The translations under genes and the position numbers were made by a program. A stretch of DNA of 42,290 nt from Immundisolibacter sp. (lineage in GTDB: Bacteria; Pseudomonadota; Gammaproteobacteria; Immundisolibacterales; Immundisolibacteraceae), in assembly GCF_028696615.1 (NCBI RefSeq), contig NZ_JAQVGQ010000002.1, positions 1 to 42,290 of the forward strand, given 5' to 3'. Below the pieces are notes generated by a model, which saw only the letters and a program-made list of their open reading frames with translations, was not told the origin of the DNA and made no database searches. Positions 18,186-31,318 of the stretch are shown one piece after another (position 1 is the first letter of the stretch; every line of letters starts with the position of its first letter).

Positions 18186-19187
18186 ATGATTCCTTTCAGC
18201 GTGCTCGATCTGTGCCCGGTGTTCGAGGGCAGCAGCGCGGCCGATGCGCTGCGCAATTCGCTCGATCTTGCCCGGCACGTGGAGCGACTCGGCTTCAAGC
18301 GTTACTGGCTGGCCGAACACCACGGCATGCCGGGCATCGCCAGCGCCGCCACCGCGGTGGTGATCGCGCATGTGGCCGGCGGCACTTCCACCATCCGCGT
18401 CGGCGCCGGCGGCATCATGCTGCCGAACCACTCGCCGCTGGTGATCGCCGAGCAATTCGGCACGCTGGAGGCGCTGTTCCCGGGGCGCATCGACCTTGGC
18501 CTCGGCCGCGCCCCGGGCACCGACCAGGCCACCGCCGCCGCGCTGCGCCGGGACTCGCACGCCAGCGCCGAACGCTTCCCGCAGGACGTCGTCGAGCTGC
18601 TGCGCTACCTCGGGCACCTCCCCCACGACGGGCCGGTGCAGGCGGTGCCCGGCGCCGGCTCGCGCGTGCCGGTGTGGATTCTGGGTTCCAGCCTGTTCGG
18701 CGCGCAGCTCGCCGCCATGCTGGGCCTGCCGTTTGCGTTCGCCTCGCACTTCGCACCGCAGGCACTGATGCAGGCACTCGACGTGTACCGCAGCCAGTTC
18801 CGGCCGTCGGCGCAGCTCGAAAAACCCTACGTGATGCTCGGTTTCAACGTCTACGCCGCCGACACCGACGCCGCCGGCCGCCTGCTGGCGAGCTCCATGC
18901 AGCAGGCCTTCGTGGCGCTGCGCACCGGCCGGCCGGGCAAGCTGCCACCGCCGGTGGCGGACTATCCCGACCAGCTGCCGCCCGCCTGGCGCGCCATGCT
19001 GGAGGAGTCGATGTCCTGTTCGGCCATCGGCGCGCCGGACACGGTGCGCGCCCAGCTGGCCGCCTTCATCGCCCGCACCGGCGCCGATGAACTGATGATC
19101 AGCAGCCCGATCTACGATCACGCCGCACGCAAACACAGCTACGACATCGTCGCCGCGGCCCGCGATCGGTTGGCGGCACCGGCCTGA
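18186..19187 (+). CDS. Luciferase-like flavin-dependent monooxygenase (LLM, YhbW-like)
   Basis: [45 protein letters not shown] and FASHF motifs; GGAG RBS before ATG 18186. Confidence 0.92.
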   Translation: MIPFSVLDLCPVFEGSSAADALRNSLDLARHVERLGFKRYWLAEHHGMPGIASAATAVVIAHVAGGTSTIRVGAGGIMLPNHSPLVIAEQFGTLEALFPGRIDLGLGRAPGTDQATAAALRRDSHASAERFPQDVVELLRYLGHLPHDGPVQAVPGAGSRVPVWILGSSLFGAQLAAMLGLPFAFASHFAPQALMQALDVYRSQFRPSAQLEKPYVMLGFNVYAADTDAAGRLLASSMQQAFVALRTGRPGKLPPPVADYPDQLPPAWRAMLEESMSCSAIGAPDTVRAQLAAFIARTGADELMISSPIYDHAARKHSYDIVAAARDRLAAPA

Positions 19188-19203
19188 CGGCGGACCGGAC
19201 GCC

Positions 19204-21180
19204 TCAACCGCCCAGCAGGCGCCGCTCGGCGTTTTCCACCTGCGCGGCGGTACCGAACAGCACCACCACGTCGCCGGCCGCCAGGCGCAGGTCCCCGCTC
19301 GGTTCGAGCTCACCCAGGCCGTCGCGGCGCACGGCGCGCACCTCGGCACCGGTGCGCGCCAGATCGAGATCATCGAGGCGCAGCCCGACGGCGCGCGCGT
19401 TGTCCGGCAGGCGCACCGCGTGACGCACTTCCAGCGCCTGCCCCTGCGTGTCCTCGATGCGCGAGCGCTGGCCGTGGAAATAGCCGCGCAGCACGCCGTA
19501 GCGTTCCTCGCGCACGCCCTGCACGCTCTGCTGCACGCGCTCCATCGGGAAATCGAGCAGCGCCAGCACGTGCGAGGCGAGCGTGAGGCTGGCCTCGAAG
19601 GTTTCCGGCACGATGGCGGTCACGCCGGCCTGCTTGAGCACGTCGCGGTGGCGGTCGTCGGTGGTGCGCACCAGGATCGGGATGTCCGGCGAGCGGTCGC
19701 GCACCGCGCGCACCACGGCCAGCGCATGCCGGTGGTCGGTGAAGCTCACCACCACCAGCCGCGCCCGGGCGATGCCGAGCGCGTGCAACAGCGCCGGGCG
19801 GCGGGCGTCGCCATAGAACACCCGCTCGCCGCCGAGCAGCGCTTCCTGCACGCGCACCGGGTCCTCGTCCACGGCCACGAACGCCACACCCTCGCGGCTG
19901 AGAATGCGGCCCACCGCCTGCCCCACCCGGCCGTAGCCGCAGATGATCACGTGTCCCGACAGCTCGGCGGTGGCGTCGCTCATGCCGACCAGGTCGGCCT
20001 GCGCCTGCGGCGGCGGGTGGTGATGGCGCAGCAAAAAGGCCGCCATGCGCCCGTTGTGGCGCACGATCAGCGGCGTCAGCGCCATGCTGAGCACGATGCT
20101 GGCCGCCACCAACACGGCCTGCGCAGGGTCGATCAGGCCGTAGGTGCCAGCCACCGCCAGCAGCGCAAAACCGAACTCGCCGCCCTGCGCCAGCAGCAGC
20201 GCGGCACGCAGCGCGGTGAGGCGATCCTCGCCCAGGCAGCGGCCGAGCGCCGCCACGATGATGGTCTTGAACACCAGCAGTCCGGCGGTCAGCGCCAGCA
20301 CCTGCGGCCAGCGCGGCAGCAGTTGTGCCGGCACCAGCAGCATGCCGACGCTGACGAAGAAAATGCCCAGCAACACGTCGCGGAACGGCCGGATCTCGAC
20401 CTCGATGCGGTGCCGGAAATGGCTCTCACCGAGCATCATGCCGGCGATGAAGGCGCCCAGCGTCATCGACAGGCCAAAGGCATCCGTCAGCAGCGCCGCC
20501 AGCAATGCCACCAACAGCGCCGCCAGCACGAACAGCTCCTCCGAATGTGTCTTGGCGACCTCGAAGAACACCCGCGGCAGCACCCACTTGCCAATACCGA
20601 TCAACACCGCGAACAGCGCAAGGCCTTTGGCGATGGTCAGCGCGAACGTGAGCGGCACATGGTCGCCGGCATTGGCCAGCGCCGGGATCAGGATCAGGAA
20701 CAGCACCGCGGCGAGATCCTGGAACAGCAGCACCGCCACGCCGAGCTGGCCGTGCCGGGCATACAGCTCGCCGCCGCGGGCGAGCTCGCGCGTGACCACC
20801 GCGGTCGAGGACAGCGCCAGTACCGCCGCCATCAGCAGCGCCAGCCGCCCGTCGAGTCCCAGCCCGACGCCGACCGCCATGAATGCCGCCGTGCAGATCA
20901 GCACCTGCCCGCCGCCGAGGCCGAACACCAGCCGGCGCATGGCCAGCAACCGCGACAGCGAGAACTCCAGCCCCAGCGAGAACAGCAGGAACACCACGCC
21001 GAACTCGGCCAGATACCGGACCGCCTCCTGGTTGACGACCAGACCGAGCGCGCCCGGCCCGATCAGCAGGCCGGTGAACAAATAACCCAGCGTCGCCGGC
21101 AGGCGCAGGCGGTAGAACACCGCCAGCACCAGCGCCGAGGCGGTGAGGATGATGACCAGTTCGGTGAAAAAGCCGTGCAT
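19204..21180 (-). CDS. CPA2-family monovalent cation:H+ antiporter with RCK/TrkA-N and TrkA-C domains
   Basis: AEFGVVFLLFSLGLEFS, LSSTA, LFQD, FFVSVG, QGGEFGF, IICGYGRVG and GDVVVLFG motifs. The start overlaps the lgt stop (TGATG). Confidence 0.92.
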   Translation of the reverse strand: MHGFFTELVIILTASALVLAVFYRLRLPATLGYLFTGLLIGPGALGLVVNQEAVRYLAEFGVVFLLFSLGLEFSLSRLLAMRRLVFGLGGGQVLICTAAFMAVGVGLGLDGRLALLMAAVLALSSTAVVTRELARGGELYARHGQLGVAVLLFQDLAAVLFLILIPALANAGDHVPLTFALTIAKGLALFAVLIGIGKWVLPRVFFEVAKTHSEELFVLAALLVALLAALLTDAFGLSMTLGAFIAGMMLGESHFRHRIEVEIRPFRDVLLGIFFVSVGMLLVPAQLLPRWPQVLALTAGLLVFKTIIVAALGRCLGEDRLTALRAALLLAQGGEFGFALLAVAGTYGLIDPAQAVLVAASIVLSMALTPLIVRHNGRMAAFLLRHHHPPPQAQADLVGMSDATAELSGHVIICGYGRVGQAVGRILSREGVAFVAVDEDPVRVQEALLGGERVFYGDARRPALLHALGIARARLVVVSFTDHRHALAVVRAVRDRSPDIPILVRTTDDRHRDVLKQAGVTAIVPETFEASLTLASHVLALLDFPMERVQQSVQGVREERYGVLRGYFHGQRSRIEDTQGQALEVRHAVRLPDNARAVGLRLDDLDLARTGAEVRAVRRDGLGELEPSGDLRLAAGDVVVLFGTAAQVENAERRLLGG

Positions 21181-21965
21181 CAGGCCGCCGTCTGCTGCCG
21201 ACTGAGCCACACCAGAACCGCGCCGGCCGCCAGCATCGGCAGGCACAGCAGCTGGCCCATGGTCAGCCAGTCGAAGGCCACGAAACCCAGAAACGCATCC
21301 GGCTCGCGCGCAAACTCGCCGATGAAGCGCAGCGCACCATAACCCAGCAAAAACACGCCGGACACCGCCATCCGCGGCCGCGGGCGGGCCGAATACAGCC
21401 ATACGATCAAAAACAGCACCCCGCCTTCGAGCGCTGCCTGATACAACTGCGAGGGATGCCGCGGCAGCGGTCCGGCGTCCGGGAACACCATGCCCCACGG
21501 CAGGTCGGTGACGCGGCCCCACAGCTCGCCGTTGATGAAATTGCCAAGCCGCCCGGCCAGCAGCCCGGTCGGCACCAGCGGCGCCACGAAATCGGTGACC
21601 GCAAAAAAACCGCGCCCGGTCTTGCGCCCGTACAGCCAGCAGGCCGCCAGCACACCGAGCAGGCCGCCGTGGAAGGACATGCCGCCCTCCCAGGCCCGCA
21701 AAATGGCGGCCGGGTTGTGCAGGTAAAACCCCGGCTGATAGAACAGCACATAGCCCAGGCGCCCGCCGAGCACCGCGCCCATGGCGCCATAAAAAATGAG
21801 ATCGCCGAGCTCCTGTACCTGCCAGCCGCTGCCCGGACGCAGCGCGCGGTAGCGGCCGAGCCACCAGGCGGCGGCAAAGCCGACCAGGTACATGAGGCCA
21901 TACCAGCGGATGGCGAACGGGCCGAGGTGCAGCGCGACGGGATCGATGGCGGGATGGTGCAGCAT
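21180..21965 (-). CDS. lgt: Prolipoprotein diacylglyceryl transferase
   Basis: [46 protein letters not shown] and MGQLL motifs. Confidence 0.98.
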   Translation of the reverse strand: MLHHPAIDPVALHLGPFAIRWYGLMYLVGFAAAWWLGRYRALRPGSGWQVQELGDLIFYGAMGAVLGGRLGYVLFYQPGFYLHNPAAILRAWEGGMSFHGGLLGVLAACWLYGRKTGRGFFAVTDFVAPLVPTGLLAGRLGNFINGELWGRVTDLPWGMVFPDAGPLPRHPSQLYQAALEGGVLFLIVWLYSARPRPRMAVSGVFLLGYGALRFIGEFAREPDAFLGFVAFDWLTMGQLLCLPMLAAGAVLVWLSRQQTAA

Positions 21966-22084
21966 GGGCGTGGATTATCCGGCATGATGCGGTGCGAACC
22001 CGCTTTGCCGAGATCGGGACGGTTTTTTTTGGGCTCGCCAGCGCGCCGGTCGAGCCGATTCCGACCACCCGCCAGCCAGCCACT

Positions 22085-24130
<2,046 letters not shown>

Positions 24131-24137
24131 CCGCCGA

Positions 24138-24203
24138 CCCGCGCGCCGCGCGGGCGGGTACTGCGCTGCGGCGAGCCGGAAAATTCCGCGGCGGGGAATT
24201 TTT
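24138..24203. terminator. Hairpins between convergent yyaL-like gene and rsmE, probably terminators
   Basis: cccgcgc/gcgcggg and aaaattcc/ggaatttt inverted repeats. Confidence 0.45.
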
Positions 24204-24952
24204 CAGAATGTCCCAAGATCGCCGGCCAGCGCCTGCAACAGCGCCAGCGCCACCACCGCCGCGGTTTCGGTGCGCAGCACCCGCGGCCCCATGCGCACCG
24301 GCGTGAAGCCCACCGCCTGCGCGGCCGCGCGCTCTTGCGGCGTGAGGCCGCCCTCGGGTCCGATCAGCACGCTGACCGGACCTGCAAGACCAGTCAGCGC
24401 GGTCAGCGCCTGCGGCGCGGTCGGGTCGAGCAGCAGGCCGCAGCCCGCCGCGCCATCGGCGCCATGACCGGCCAGATACTCCAGCAGCTCACGCGGCGCG
24501 GCCAGCGCCGGCACCCGCGTGCGCCCGCTCTGCTCGCAGGCCGCCAGCACCACGCCGCGCCAGTGGGCCAGACGCCGCTCGGCCCGCTCGCCGGCCAGGC
24601 GCAGCACCGTGCGCTCGGTGATCAGCGGCACGATGTCGGTCACGCCGAGCTCGACCGCCTTTTGCAGCGTGTAGTCCATGCGCTCGCCGCGCGAGACGCC
24701 CTGCAGCAGGCGAAGATGCAGCGGCGACTCGCGCCGGTCCGGTGTGAATTCGCCCACCCGCGCGTGCAGCGCGCCGTCCGGCCCGCGCACCAGCTCGGCC
24801 GCGAACTCGCCACCCTCGCCGTTGAACAGGCACAGCGCATCGCCCGCGCGCAGGCGCAGCACCTTGACCGCGTGATCGAGCGCGCGACGGTCGAGCGCAC
24901 ACTCGGCGCCGCTCGCGAGCGGCTGGTCGACGAAAAGGCGCGGTATGCGCAC
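24203..24952 (-). CDS. rsmE: 16S rRNA m3U1498 methyltransferase
   Basis: RIPRLF, HAVKVLRL, QKAVELGV, ACEQSGR, IGPEGG and GPRVLRTETA motifs; GTG starts 2 nt after the rsmA stop. Confidence 0.96.
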   Translation of the reverse strand: MRIPRLFVDQPLASGAECALDRRALDHAVKVLRLRAGDALCLFNGEGGEFAAELVRGPDGALHARVGEFTPDRRESPLHLRLLQGVSRGERMDYTLQKAVELGVTDIVPLITERTVLRLAGERAERRLAHWRGVVLAACEQSGRTRVPALAAPRELLEYLAGHGADGAAGCGLLLDPTAPQALTALTGLAGPVSVLIGPEGGLTPQERAAAQAVGFTPVRMGPRVLRTETAAVVALALLQALAGDLGTF

Positions 24953-24954
24953 GG

Positions 24955-25719
24955 TCAGGCATCCGCCAGGCGCACGAACTCGGCCACCGACAGCGTTTCG
25001 GGGCGGCGGCCGGGATCGATGCCGGCGGCCGCGAACTGCTCGGCACTCACCACGCCGGCCAGGCTGTTGCGCAGCGTCTTGCGCCGCTGGGCGAAGGCGC
25101 GCTGCACGATGTTGGCGAACCGCTTCTCGTCGACCGCCGGATACGGCAGCGTGGCATAGGGCGTGAGCTGCACGATGCGCGACTGCACCTTGGGCGCCGG
25201 CCAGAACGCGCCCGGCGGCACCACGAACAGCGCCTGCACCGCGCAAGCGTACTGCACCATCACGCCGAGCCGCCCGTAGTCGGCTTCGCCGGGACCGGCG
25301 GCGAGGCGGTCCACCACCTCGCGCTGCAGCATGAACAACATGTCGCCGATGACGGCCCGTTGCGCGAGCAGATGAAACAGCAGCGGCGTCGAGATGTTGT
25401 ACGGCAGGTTACCGAACACGCGCAGCCGCCGGCCCTCGCCAACCAGCGCGGCGAAGTCGAAGCGCAGCGCATCGGCGCCGATCAGCGTGAGCCCGGCACC
25501 GCCGAAGCGCGCCTGCAGCTCGCCGGCCAGGTCCCGGTCGAGTTCGATGGCGGTCAGCGCGCCGGCCCGCTCGAGCACCGGGCCGGTCAGCGCGCCGTGG
25601 CCGGGGCCGATCTCGACCAGCGCCTCACCCGGTTGCGGGGCGAGTGTGGCCACGATGCGCGAAATCACCCCCGGGCTGTGCAGGAAGTTCTGCCCGAAGC
25701 GCTTTCTGGCCGGCTGCAT
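24955..25719 (-). CDS. rsmA: 16S rRNA dimethyladenosine transferase (KsgA)
   Basis: [34 protein letters not shown] and QRRKTLRN motifs; start overlaps the pdxA stop. Confidence 0.97.
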   Translation of the reverse strand: MQPARKRFGQNFLHSPGVISRIVATLAPQPGEALVEIGPGHGALTGPVLERAGALTAIELDRDLAGELQARFGGAGLTLIGADALRFDFAALVGEGRRLRVFGNLPYNISTPLLFHLLAQRAVIGDMLFMLQREVVDRLAAGPGEADYGRLGVMVQYACAVQALFVVPPGAFWPAPKVQSRIVQLTPYATLPYPAVDEKRFANIVQRAFAQRRKTLRNSLAGVVSAEQFAAAGIDPGRRPETLSVAEFVRLADA

Positions 25720-26681
25720 CAGCGCCCCGCCATTGCCAGTTCGACGGCGAGCCTGGCCGCCGCGCGCAGGCTGCCGGCATCGGCCTTGCCCGTGCCGGCC
25801 AGATCGTAGGCCGTGCCGTGATCGACCGAGGTGCGGATGATGGGCAGGCCGAGCGTCACGTTCACCGCCTGCCCGAAACCCGCGTACTTGAGCACCGGCA
25901 AGCCCTGATCGTGGTACATGGCGAGCACCGCATCGAACGGCGCCAGGCGCGCCGGCGTGAACAGCGTGTCGGCCGGCAGCGGGCCGGTCACATCGAGCCC
26001 GTGCGCGCGTGCCTGGGCGATGGCGGGCGCGATCACGTCGATTTCCTCCCGCCCCAGGTGGCCGCGCTCGCCGGCGTGGGGATTGAGCCCGCACACGGCG
26101 ATGCGCGGGCGCGACAAGCCGAAGCGGCGGCGCAGGTCGCCATCCAGGATGCGCAGCGTGCCGCCGAGCCCGGCGATGGTCAGCGCGTCCGGCACCTGCC
26201 GCAGCGGCAGGTGCGTGGTGGCCAGCGCCACGCGCAGGCCGCCCGCCACCAGCATCATCACCACCTGCTCGCAGCCGCAGCGCGCGGCGAGGTATTCGGT
26301 ATGGCCGCTGAATGGCACGCCGGCGTCGGCGATCACGCCCTTGTCGAGCGGCGCGGTGACCAGCGCATCGAAACGGCCCGAAAGACAACCGGCCACGGCC
26401 TGATCGAGCCCCTCGAGCAACGCCAGCGCATTGGCGGAATCCGGTCGCCCGGGCGGCGGCGGGCGCGGCAGGTCCACCTGCAGCACGCGCAGCGCGCCGG
26501 GGCCATGGGCCGCGCCTGACAGATCGACCGGCAGGCGCAGCGCCGCCGCGCGGTCCGCCAGCAGGCGAGCATCGCCGATGAAGGTGAGCTCGACGTCCAC
26601 CGGCGGCGTGCACGCCAGCTCAAGACAGATGTCCGGGCCGATGCCGGCCGGCTCGCCGACGGTGACCGCCAGGCGAATCAT
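25719..26681 (-). CDS. pdxA: 4-hydroxythreonine-4-phosphate dehydrogenase
   Basis: [36 protein letters not shown] and RTSVDHGTA motifs. Confidence 0.97.
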   Translation of the reverse strand: MIRLAVTVGEPAGIGPDICLELACTPPVDVELTFIGDARLLADRAAALRLPVDLSGAAHGPGALRVLQVDLPRPPPPGRPDSANALALLEGLDQAVAGCLSGRFDALVTAPLDKGVIADAGVPFSGHTEYLAARCGCEQVVMMLVAGGLRVALATTHLPLRQVPDALTIAGLGGTLRILDGDLRRRFGLSRPRIAVCGLNPHAGERGHLGREEIDVIAPAIAQARAHGLDVTGPLPADTLFTPARLAPFDAVLAMYHDQGLPVLKYAGFGQAVNVTLGLPIIRTSVDHGTAYDLAGTGKADAGSLRAAARLAVELAMAGR

Positions 26682-26759
26682 GGCGCGCTCCGCAGCACAC
26701 ATGCCAAAACAATGCCCGCCTTGGCTGCGGGCCGCAGGCGGGACCTTTTCAAACGCCCG

Positions 26760-28036
26760 TCAAAGGCGCACTTCCACGTAGGCCTCGTCGCGCAGGCGCT
26801 GCAGCCAGGCCTGCGTCATCTCCTCGGCCTTGCGCTGACGCAGCAGGTCGCGCGCATGGGCGCGGCGGTAGGCCTCGGTGTCGTCCTGGCTGCGCCGGCC
26901 GAGCACGCGGATCAGGTGAAAGCCGTAGGTGGACTGCACCGGCTCGCTGAGCTCGCCTTCCGGCAGGGACTGCATGGCCTGCGCGAACTGCGGCACCACC
27001 TCCTCGGCGGTGATCCAGCCCAGATCACCACCCTTCACCGCCGAGCCGGGGTCGTCGGAGTGCGTGCGCGCCAGCTCGTGGAAATCCTCGCCGGCCAGGA
27101 TGCGCCGGCGCAGCGACTCGATGCGTGCCCGTGCCTCGTCCTCACGGCCGGCCTCGACCTTGACCAGGATGTGCTCGACGTGGGTCTGCTGCACCACGTG
27201 CCGGCCACCGGCCGCATCGGCCTCGATCAGCTTCAGGATGTGAAAGCCGCTCGGGCTGGCAATGATCTCGCTGATGCCGCCCGGCTGCAGGTTGCGCACC
27301 GCCGCCACGAACGGCGGCGGCAGCTCGTCGGCGTTGCGCCAGCCCAGATCGCCGCCCTCGAGTGCCTGCTGGCCCTTGGACACCGCCACCGCGGTGCTGG
27401 CGAAATCGGCGCCGTCGAGCAGCTGCTGGCGCACCTTCTCGGCCTGTGCCTGGGTGTCGCGCAGCTGCTGCGGCGTCGGGTCGGCCGGCAGGGCGATCAG
27501 GATGTGCGCCAGATGGTAGCGGGCGGCGGCCATATCGCCGCCCTCGGCCAGGAAGCGCTCGACCTCGGCATCGGAAATGTTGATGCGCGAGATGACCTCT
27601 TTCTGGCGCAGCTGCGTGAGGCGCATTTCGTTGCGTACCTCCTCGCGAAAATCCTCGAAGCTGCCGCCGTCGGCGATCACCGCCTCGCGCATCTGCTCCA
27701 AGCTCATGTTGTTGCGCGCGGCAATGTTCTGCAGGGCGAAGTTCAGCTCGTCGTCACCCACGTTGATGCCGGCCTGATCGGCCAACTGCAGCTGCAGGCG
27801 CCGCACCACCAGGTGCTCGAGCACCTGGCGCTGGAATTCCTGCGGCGGCGGGGTGGCGGTGCCACGCCGGCGCAGGTCGGCGAGGATGCGCTGCACCTCC
27901 CGATCGAGCTCGCTTTGCACGATGACGTCTTTGTTGACCACCGCGACCACCCGGTCGAGGCTGCTGCGGGCGTTGCCAGTGGCAACAGGATGGCGCACAA
28001 AAAGGCGAGCAGTCGTATCACGGGAAGCCTTGGCAC
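26760..28036 (-). CDS. surA: Periplasmic chaperone/PPIase SurA, interrupted by a 1-nt frameshift near 27960 (sequence error or pseudogene)
   Basis: Body LDRVVAVVN... contains two parvulin domains (HIL...GGDLGW...GFHI/GFHL). The signal peptide MPRLPVIRLLAFLCAILLPLATPAAA from GTG 28036 is in a different frame. Canonical lptD-surA-pdxA-rsmA order. Confidence 0.9.
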
Positions 28037-28044
28037 GAATCCAA

Positions 28045-30321
28045 TCAGAACCCGTAGGCGTCGCGGCTGTAGCCGTACACGCCTTCGGTGAGCAGGTTTT
28101 CAACTTTGTTGCCGATATTGGTCAGCCCCTTCAGTTCGAGCTCGAACATGATGGAACTGGTGGTATCCCCATCGTAGCGGCCGTCGTAGCGGCGCACGTA
28201 GCGACGCGTCACCACGCGCGCGCCCCAGCAGCAGCTCTCGTAGCCGACGCCGACGAAGCTCTCGACGAATTGCGAATCCGGCAACGAGTAATAAGACCGT
28301 CCCACGAGCTGCCAGTTGCGCCCGAGCGGAATGACCCCGGACACGTCGACCTGCTCCAAGCTGTCCGTGAGCCCCGGCGCCGACAGGTTGGGCAGCTCGC
28401 GGCGCATTCGGTAGGAGGCGTTCAGCAGCATGCCGTTCTGCGGCCGGTAGTACAGCCCGACCACCGAGCGCTGCGTGCTGCCGCTGTCGGGGTCCCATTC
28501 CAGGTCGCCGCGGGCCAGCAGGGCGCGCGTCAGGCGCGCCCACAGCTCGCCGACGATGGCCGACTCGTTCGACTCGATGGCCGGCCCGCTGCGCAGCAGC
28601 ACCTGCCGATCGCGCAGGTAGCGCACCTGCCCCAGGCTGGCGCGGAACATCTCCACGCCGCTGCTGGCGCCCAGGAAACGCGAGGTGATCGCCGCGGTGA
28701 CCTGGTTGGCATCGCCCTGGCGGTCCGGTCCCGAGAAGCGGTTGGTGCGGAACAGCGACTGGAAGCTGAAATCCGTGTCGCCGGTGTCGAACAGCGGGAT
28801 GTCGTCCTGATCGCGCTTGGGCACGTACAGGTAGAACAGGCGCGGCTCGAGCGTCTGCAGCGCCCCCACTCCCCACAGGTCGACATCACGCTCGAAGAAC
28901 AGGCCGCTGTCCAGGCTCAGGATGGGCAGCGCCCGGCTCGGCTTGTCGTCCAGGCCCGGCAGCTGTTGCTTCAGGTCGTACTGGGTGTAGCGGTAGCCGA
29001 CGCGCGGCTCGACACGAAACGCCGCCCGCTCGAACGGCAGGCTCAGGCTCGGGTACAGGTCCAGGCGCGTGCCGTGCACCAGGTCGGGGTGATCGTAGAC
29101 GGCGTACTCGGAATCGAGCGTGTAGCTCAGCCCGGCCGGCGCAAACCCCGAGGTGTTGAACATCAGCTGCGGCAGGCGCCGGTACGGTTTGCTGCCATAC
29201 AAGGTCTGATAGGTCTCGACCTGCCCCAGCACCCGCCAGCTGTCGCCGTTGTAGCTGGTGCTCGCCAGGCGCTGCAGGTGGCTGGTGCTGACGTCGTAGA
29301 TGCCGTTGCCGAAATCCTCGAAGTAGGCGTCGTCGGACACGCGGTTGAAGGTCAGGTAATGCGTCCAGCGCGGCGTGAGCGCACCGCTCTGGCTGAACGC
29401 CACCAGGCTGCGGTCGCGATCGGCCTTGTTGTCGGACGGCAGATAGGTGCCGCCGATCTGGCCGCTGAAGTCGCTGAACAGATACCGCCCCAGGCCCTCC
29501 ATCATCAGGCCGCGGTCGCTCATGTAGTGCGGCGTGACGGTGGCGTCGTAGTTGGGGGCGAGGTTCAGGTAATACGGTGTGCGCAGCTCGAACCCGCTCT
29601 TGCCGCCGGTGCCGGCGCTGGGTGCCAGAAAGCCGGACTTGCGCTTGTCCGACAACGGGAAACTGAAGAACGGGCTGTACAGGATCGGCACGCCCTTGAA
29701 GTCGAGCACCACGTTGCGCGCCCTGCCCTCGCCGGCATCGAAGTCCAGATCGACCCTGGTCGAGCGCACCGCCCAGTCGCGCTTGCCTGGCGGACAGGTG
29801 GTGTAGAACGCCCCTTCCAGGGTGTGACGGCTGGAGTCGCGGCGGATGATGCGCGTCGCCCGGCCGCGGGCGCGCTTCTCGCGCAGGGCATAGCTGGCGT
29901 TTTCGATGGTGCCCTGGTCGGTGTCGACGTTGTACTCGAGACTGCTGCCCTCGAGCATCATGCGACTGTCACCGAACACCACCGCACCCACCGCCACCGC
30001 CGCCTGGCTGTCGCGGTTGAACGTCACCTCGTCGGCGTTGAGCTGCCGATCGCCCTTGACGATGGCGGCCTGACCGCGCAGCCGGATCTCACCCCCGGGC
30101 GTGCCCTCGGTCGAGTCGGCGACGATGTAGATGGGCTGACCGCTGGCCTTGGCGCGCGCCGCCACCGCCGGATCGGGACCGATGAATTCGAAGGCGCTGC
30201 CGCACTGGGCGTCGCTCGGCTGACTGACGGCGGCGACCGCGGGCGCCCCCGCCAGCAATGCCGACACCGCCACCATGGCCGCGCCGAACTGCCTCAAGAA
30301 CGCTGAATGTATCTGGCGCAA
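28045..30321 (-). CDS. lptD: LPS-assembly outer-membrane protein LptD (start uncertain: TTG 30321/30297 or ATG 30276)
   Basis: YTTCPP, RKSGFLAP, PYYLNLAPNYDAT, QTLEPRLFYLYVP, NRFSGPDR, YESCCW and ELKGL motifs; upstream of surA. Confidence 0.95.
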   Translation of the reverse strand: MRQIHSAFLRQFGAAMVAVSALLAGAPAVAAVSQPSDAQCGSAFEFIGPDPAVAARAKASGQPIYIVADSTEGTPGGEIRLRGQAAIVKGDRQLNADEVTFNRDSQAAVAVGAVVFGDSRMMLEGSSLEYNVDTDQGTIENASYALREKRARGRATRIIRRDSSRHTLEGAFYTTCPPGKRDWAVRSTRVDLDFDAGEGRARNVVLDFKGVPILYSPFFSFPLSDKRKSGFLAPSAGTGGKSGFELRTPYYLNLAPNYDATVTPHYMSDRGLMMEGLGRYLFSDFSGQIGGTYLPSDNKADRDRSLVAFSQSGALTPRWTHYLTFNRVSDDAYFEDFGNGIYDVSTSHLQRLASTSYNGDSWRVLGQVETYQTLYGSKPYRRLPQLMFNTSGFAPAGLSYTLDSEYAVYDHPDLVHGTRLDLYPSLSLPFERAAFRVEPRVGYRYTQYDLKQQLPGLDDKPSRALPILSLDSGLFFERDVDLWGVGALQTLEPRLFYLYVPKRDQDDIPLFDTGDTDFSFQSLFRTNRFSGPDRQGDANQVTAAITSRFLGASSGVEMFRASLGQVRYLRDRQVLLRSGPAIESNESAIVGELWARLTRALLARGDLEWDPDSGSTQRSVVGLYYRPQNGMLLNASYRMRRELPNLSAPGLTDSLEQVDVSGVIPLGRNWQLVGRSYYSLPDSQFVESFVGVGYESCCWGARVVTRRYVRRYDGRYDGDTTSSIMFELELKGLTNIGNKVENLLTEGVYGYSRDAYGF

Positions 30322-30527
30322 GCTGAAACACCCGGGGGCGCAGGAGTGGATGCGAGCCGTCACGGCCGGCGCGGGCGAAACCGGTGGGCGCGAGGCGACC
30401 CTCCCCGCAGGCGGTCCGATGCGGGCCATGCGCGAAAGGCGCGGATGATAACAAACCGCCGCCCACTCACCGGCGCACGCCCGAGCTTGCACCGACCGCC
30501 GCGCGGTCTGGCCGCCCCGGCGCTCGT

Positions 30528-31205
30528 TCAGCAGGCCGCCGCAGCCGCGCGCAGACTGATGTGCGGCCAGCCACGGGCCGCCGCCAGCGCCGCCAGTTGC
30601 GGGTCGGCATCCACGACGCAGGGCACATCGGCGCACTCCAGCAGCGGCAGGTCGTTGTGCGAATCGGTATAGAAATGCAACACCGCCCGCTCGTAGCCGT
30701 AGCGTCGTTGCCAACGCTGCAGGCAGGCCACCTTGCCGTCCCGGAAACACGGCGGATCGAGCGCCCGACCGGTGAAGCCGCCGCCGGCGTGCTCCGGCTC
30801 GGTCGCGATCAGCACCGGCACGCCCAGCAGGCCGGCGATCGGTCCGGTCACGAAGCGATTGGTGGCGGTGATGATCACCGGCAGATGCCCGGCGCGCCGG
30901 TGACGCTCGATCAGCGCCGGCGCGCCGGGCGCCACGCGCGGCGCGATCCACTGCGCCACGAACTGCTCGCGCAGCGCCAGCAGGCGCTCGATCGGCAGCT
31001 CGCGCAACGGCCGCAGCGCAAACGCCAGGAACTCGTGAATGTCGAGCTCGCCGGCCTTGTACTGGGCGTAGTAGCGGGCATTCTCGGTCTCGTAGGCGGG
31101 GCCATCCACCAGCCCGGCGTCGGCCAGACAGCGGCCCCACAGATAGTCGCTGTCGTCGCTCAGCAGCGTGTTGTCGAGATCGAACAGGGCAAGCGTGCGG
31201 GCCAT
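30528..31205 (-). CDS. HAD-IB family hydrolase (SerB-like)
   Basis: FDLDNTLL, SDYLW, ITAT, GKV and FYTDSHNDLPLL motifs; divergent from rppH. Confidence 0.93.
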   Translation of the reverse strand: MARTLALFDLDNTLLSDDSDYLWGRCLADAGLVDGPAYETENARYYAQYKAGELDIHEFLAFALRPLRELPIERLLALREQFVAQWIAPRVAPGAPALIERHRRAGHLPVIITATNRFVTGPIAGLLGVPVLIATEPEHAGGGFTGRALDPPCFRDGKVACLQRWQRRYGYERAVLHFYTDSHNDLPLLECADVPCVVDADPQLAALAAARGWPHISLRAAAAAC

Positions 31206-31318
31206 GGGCGGCGGCTTCCAGTGGGGCAGCGTGCTAACATTCAGGGCAAGTTTACAGTGCCGTGACGTGCCCTTTCGGGGCCGCGCGGCCGGGTGTGGAA
31301 CAGCTGAAGGATCGAGCC

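Noticed and set aside
28045-31140. 1031-aa LptD ORF, and similarly extended rsmA, rsmE, hemY and ZIP ORFs
   Set aside because: The extensions are stop-poor high-GC shadow frames overlapping neighbouring real genes.
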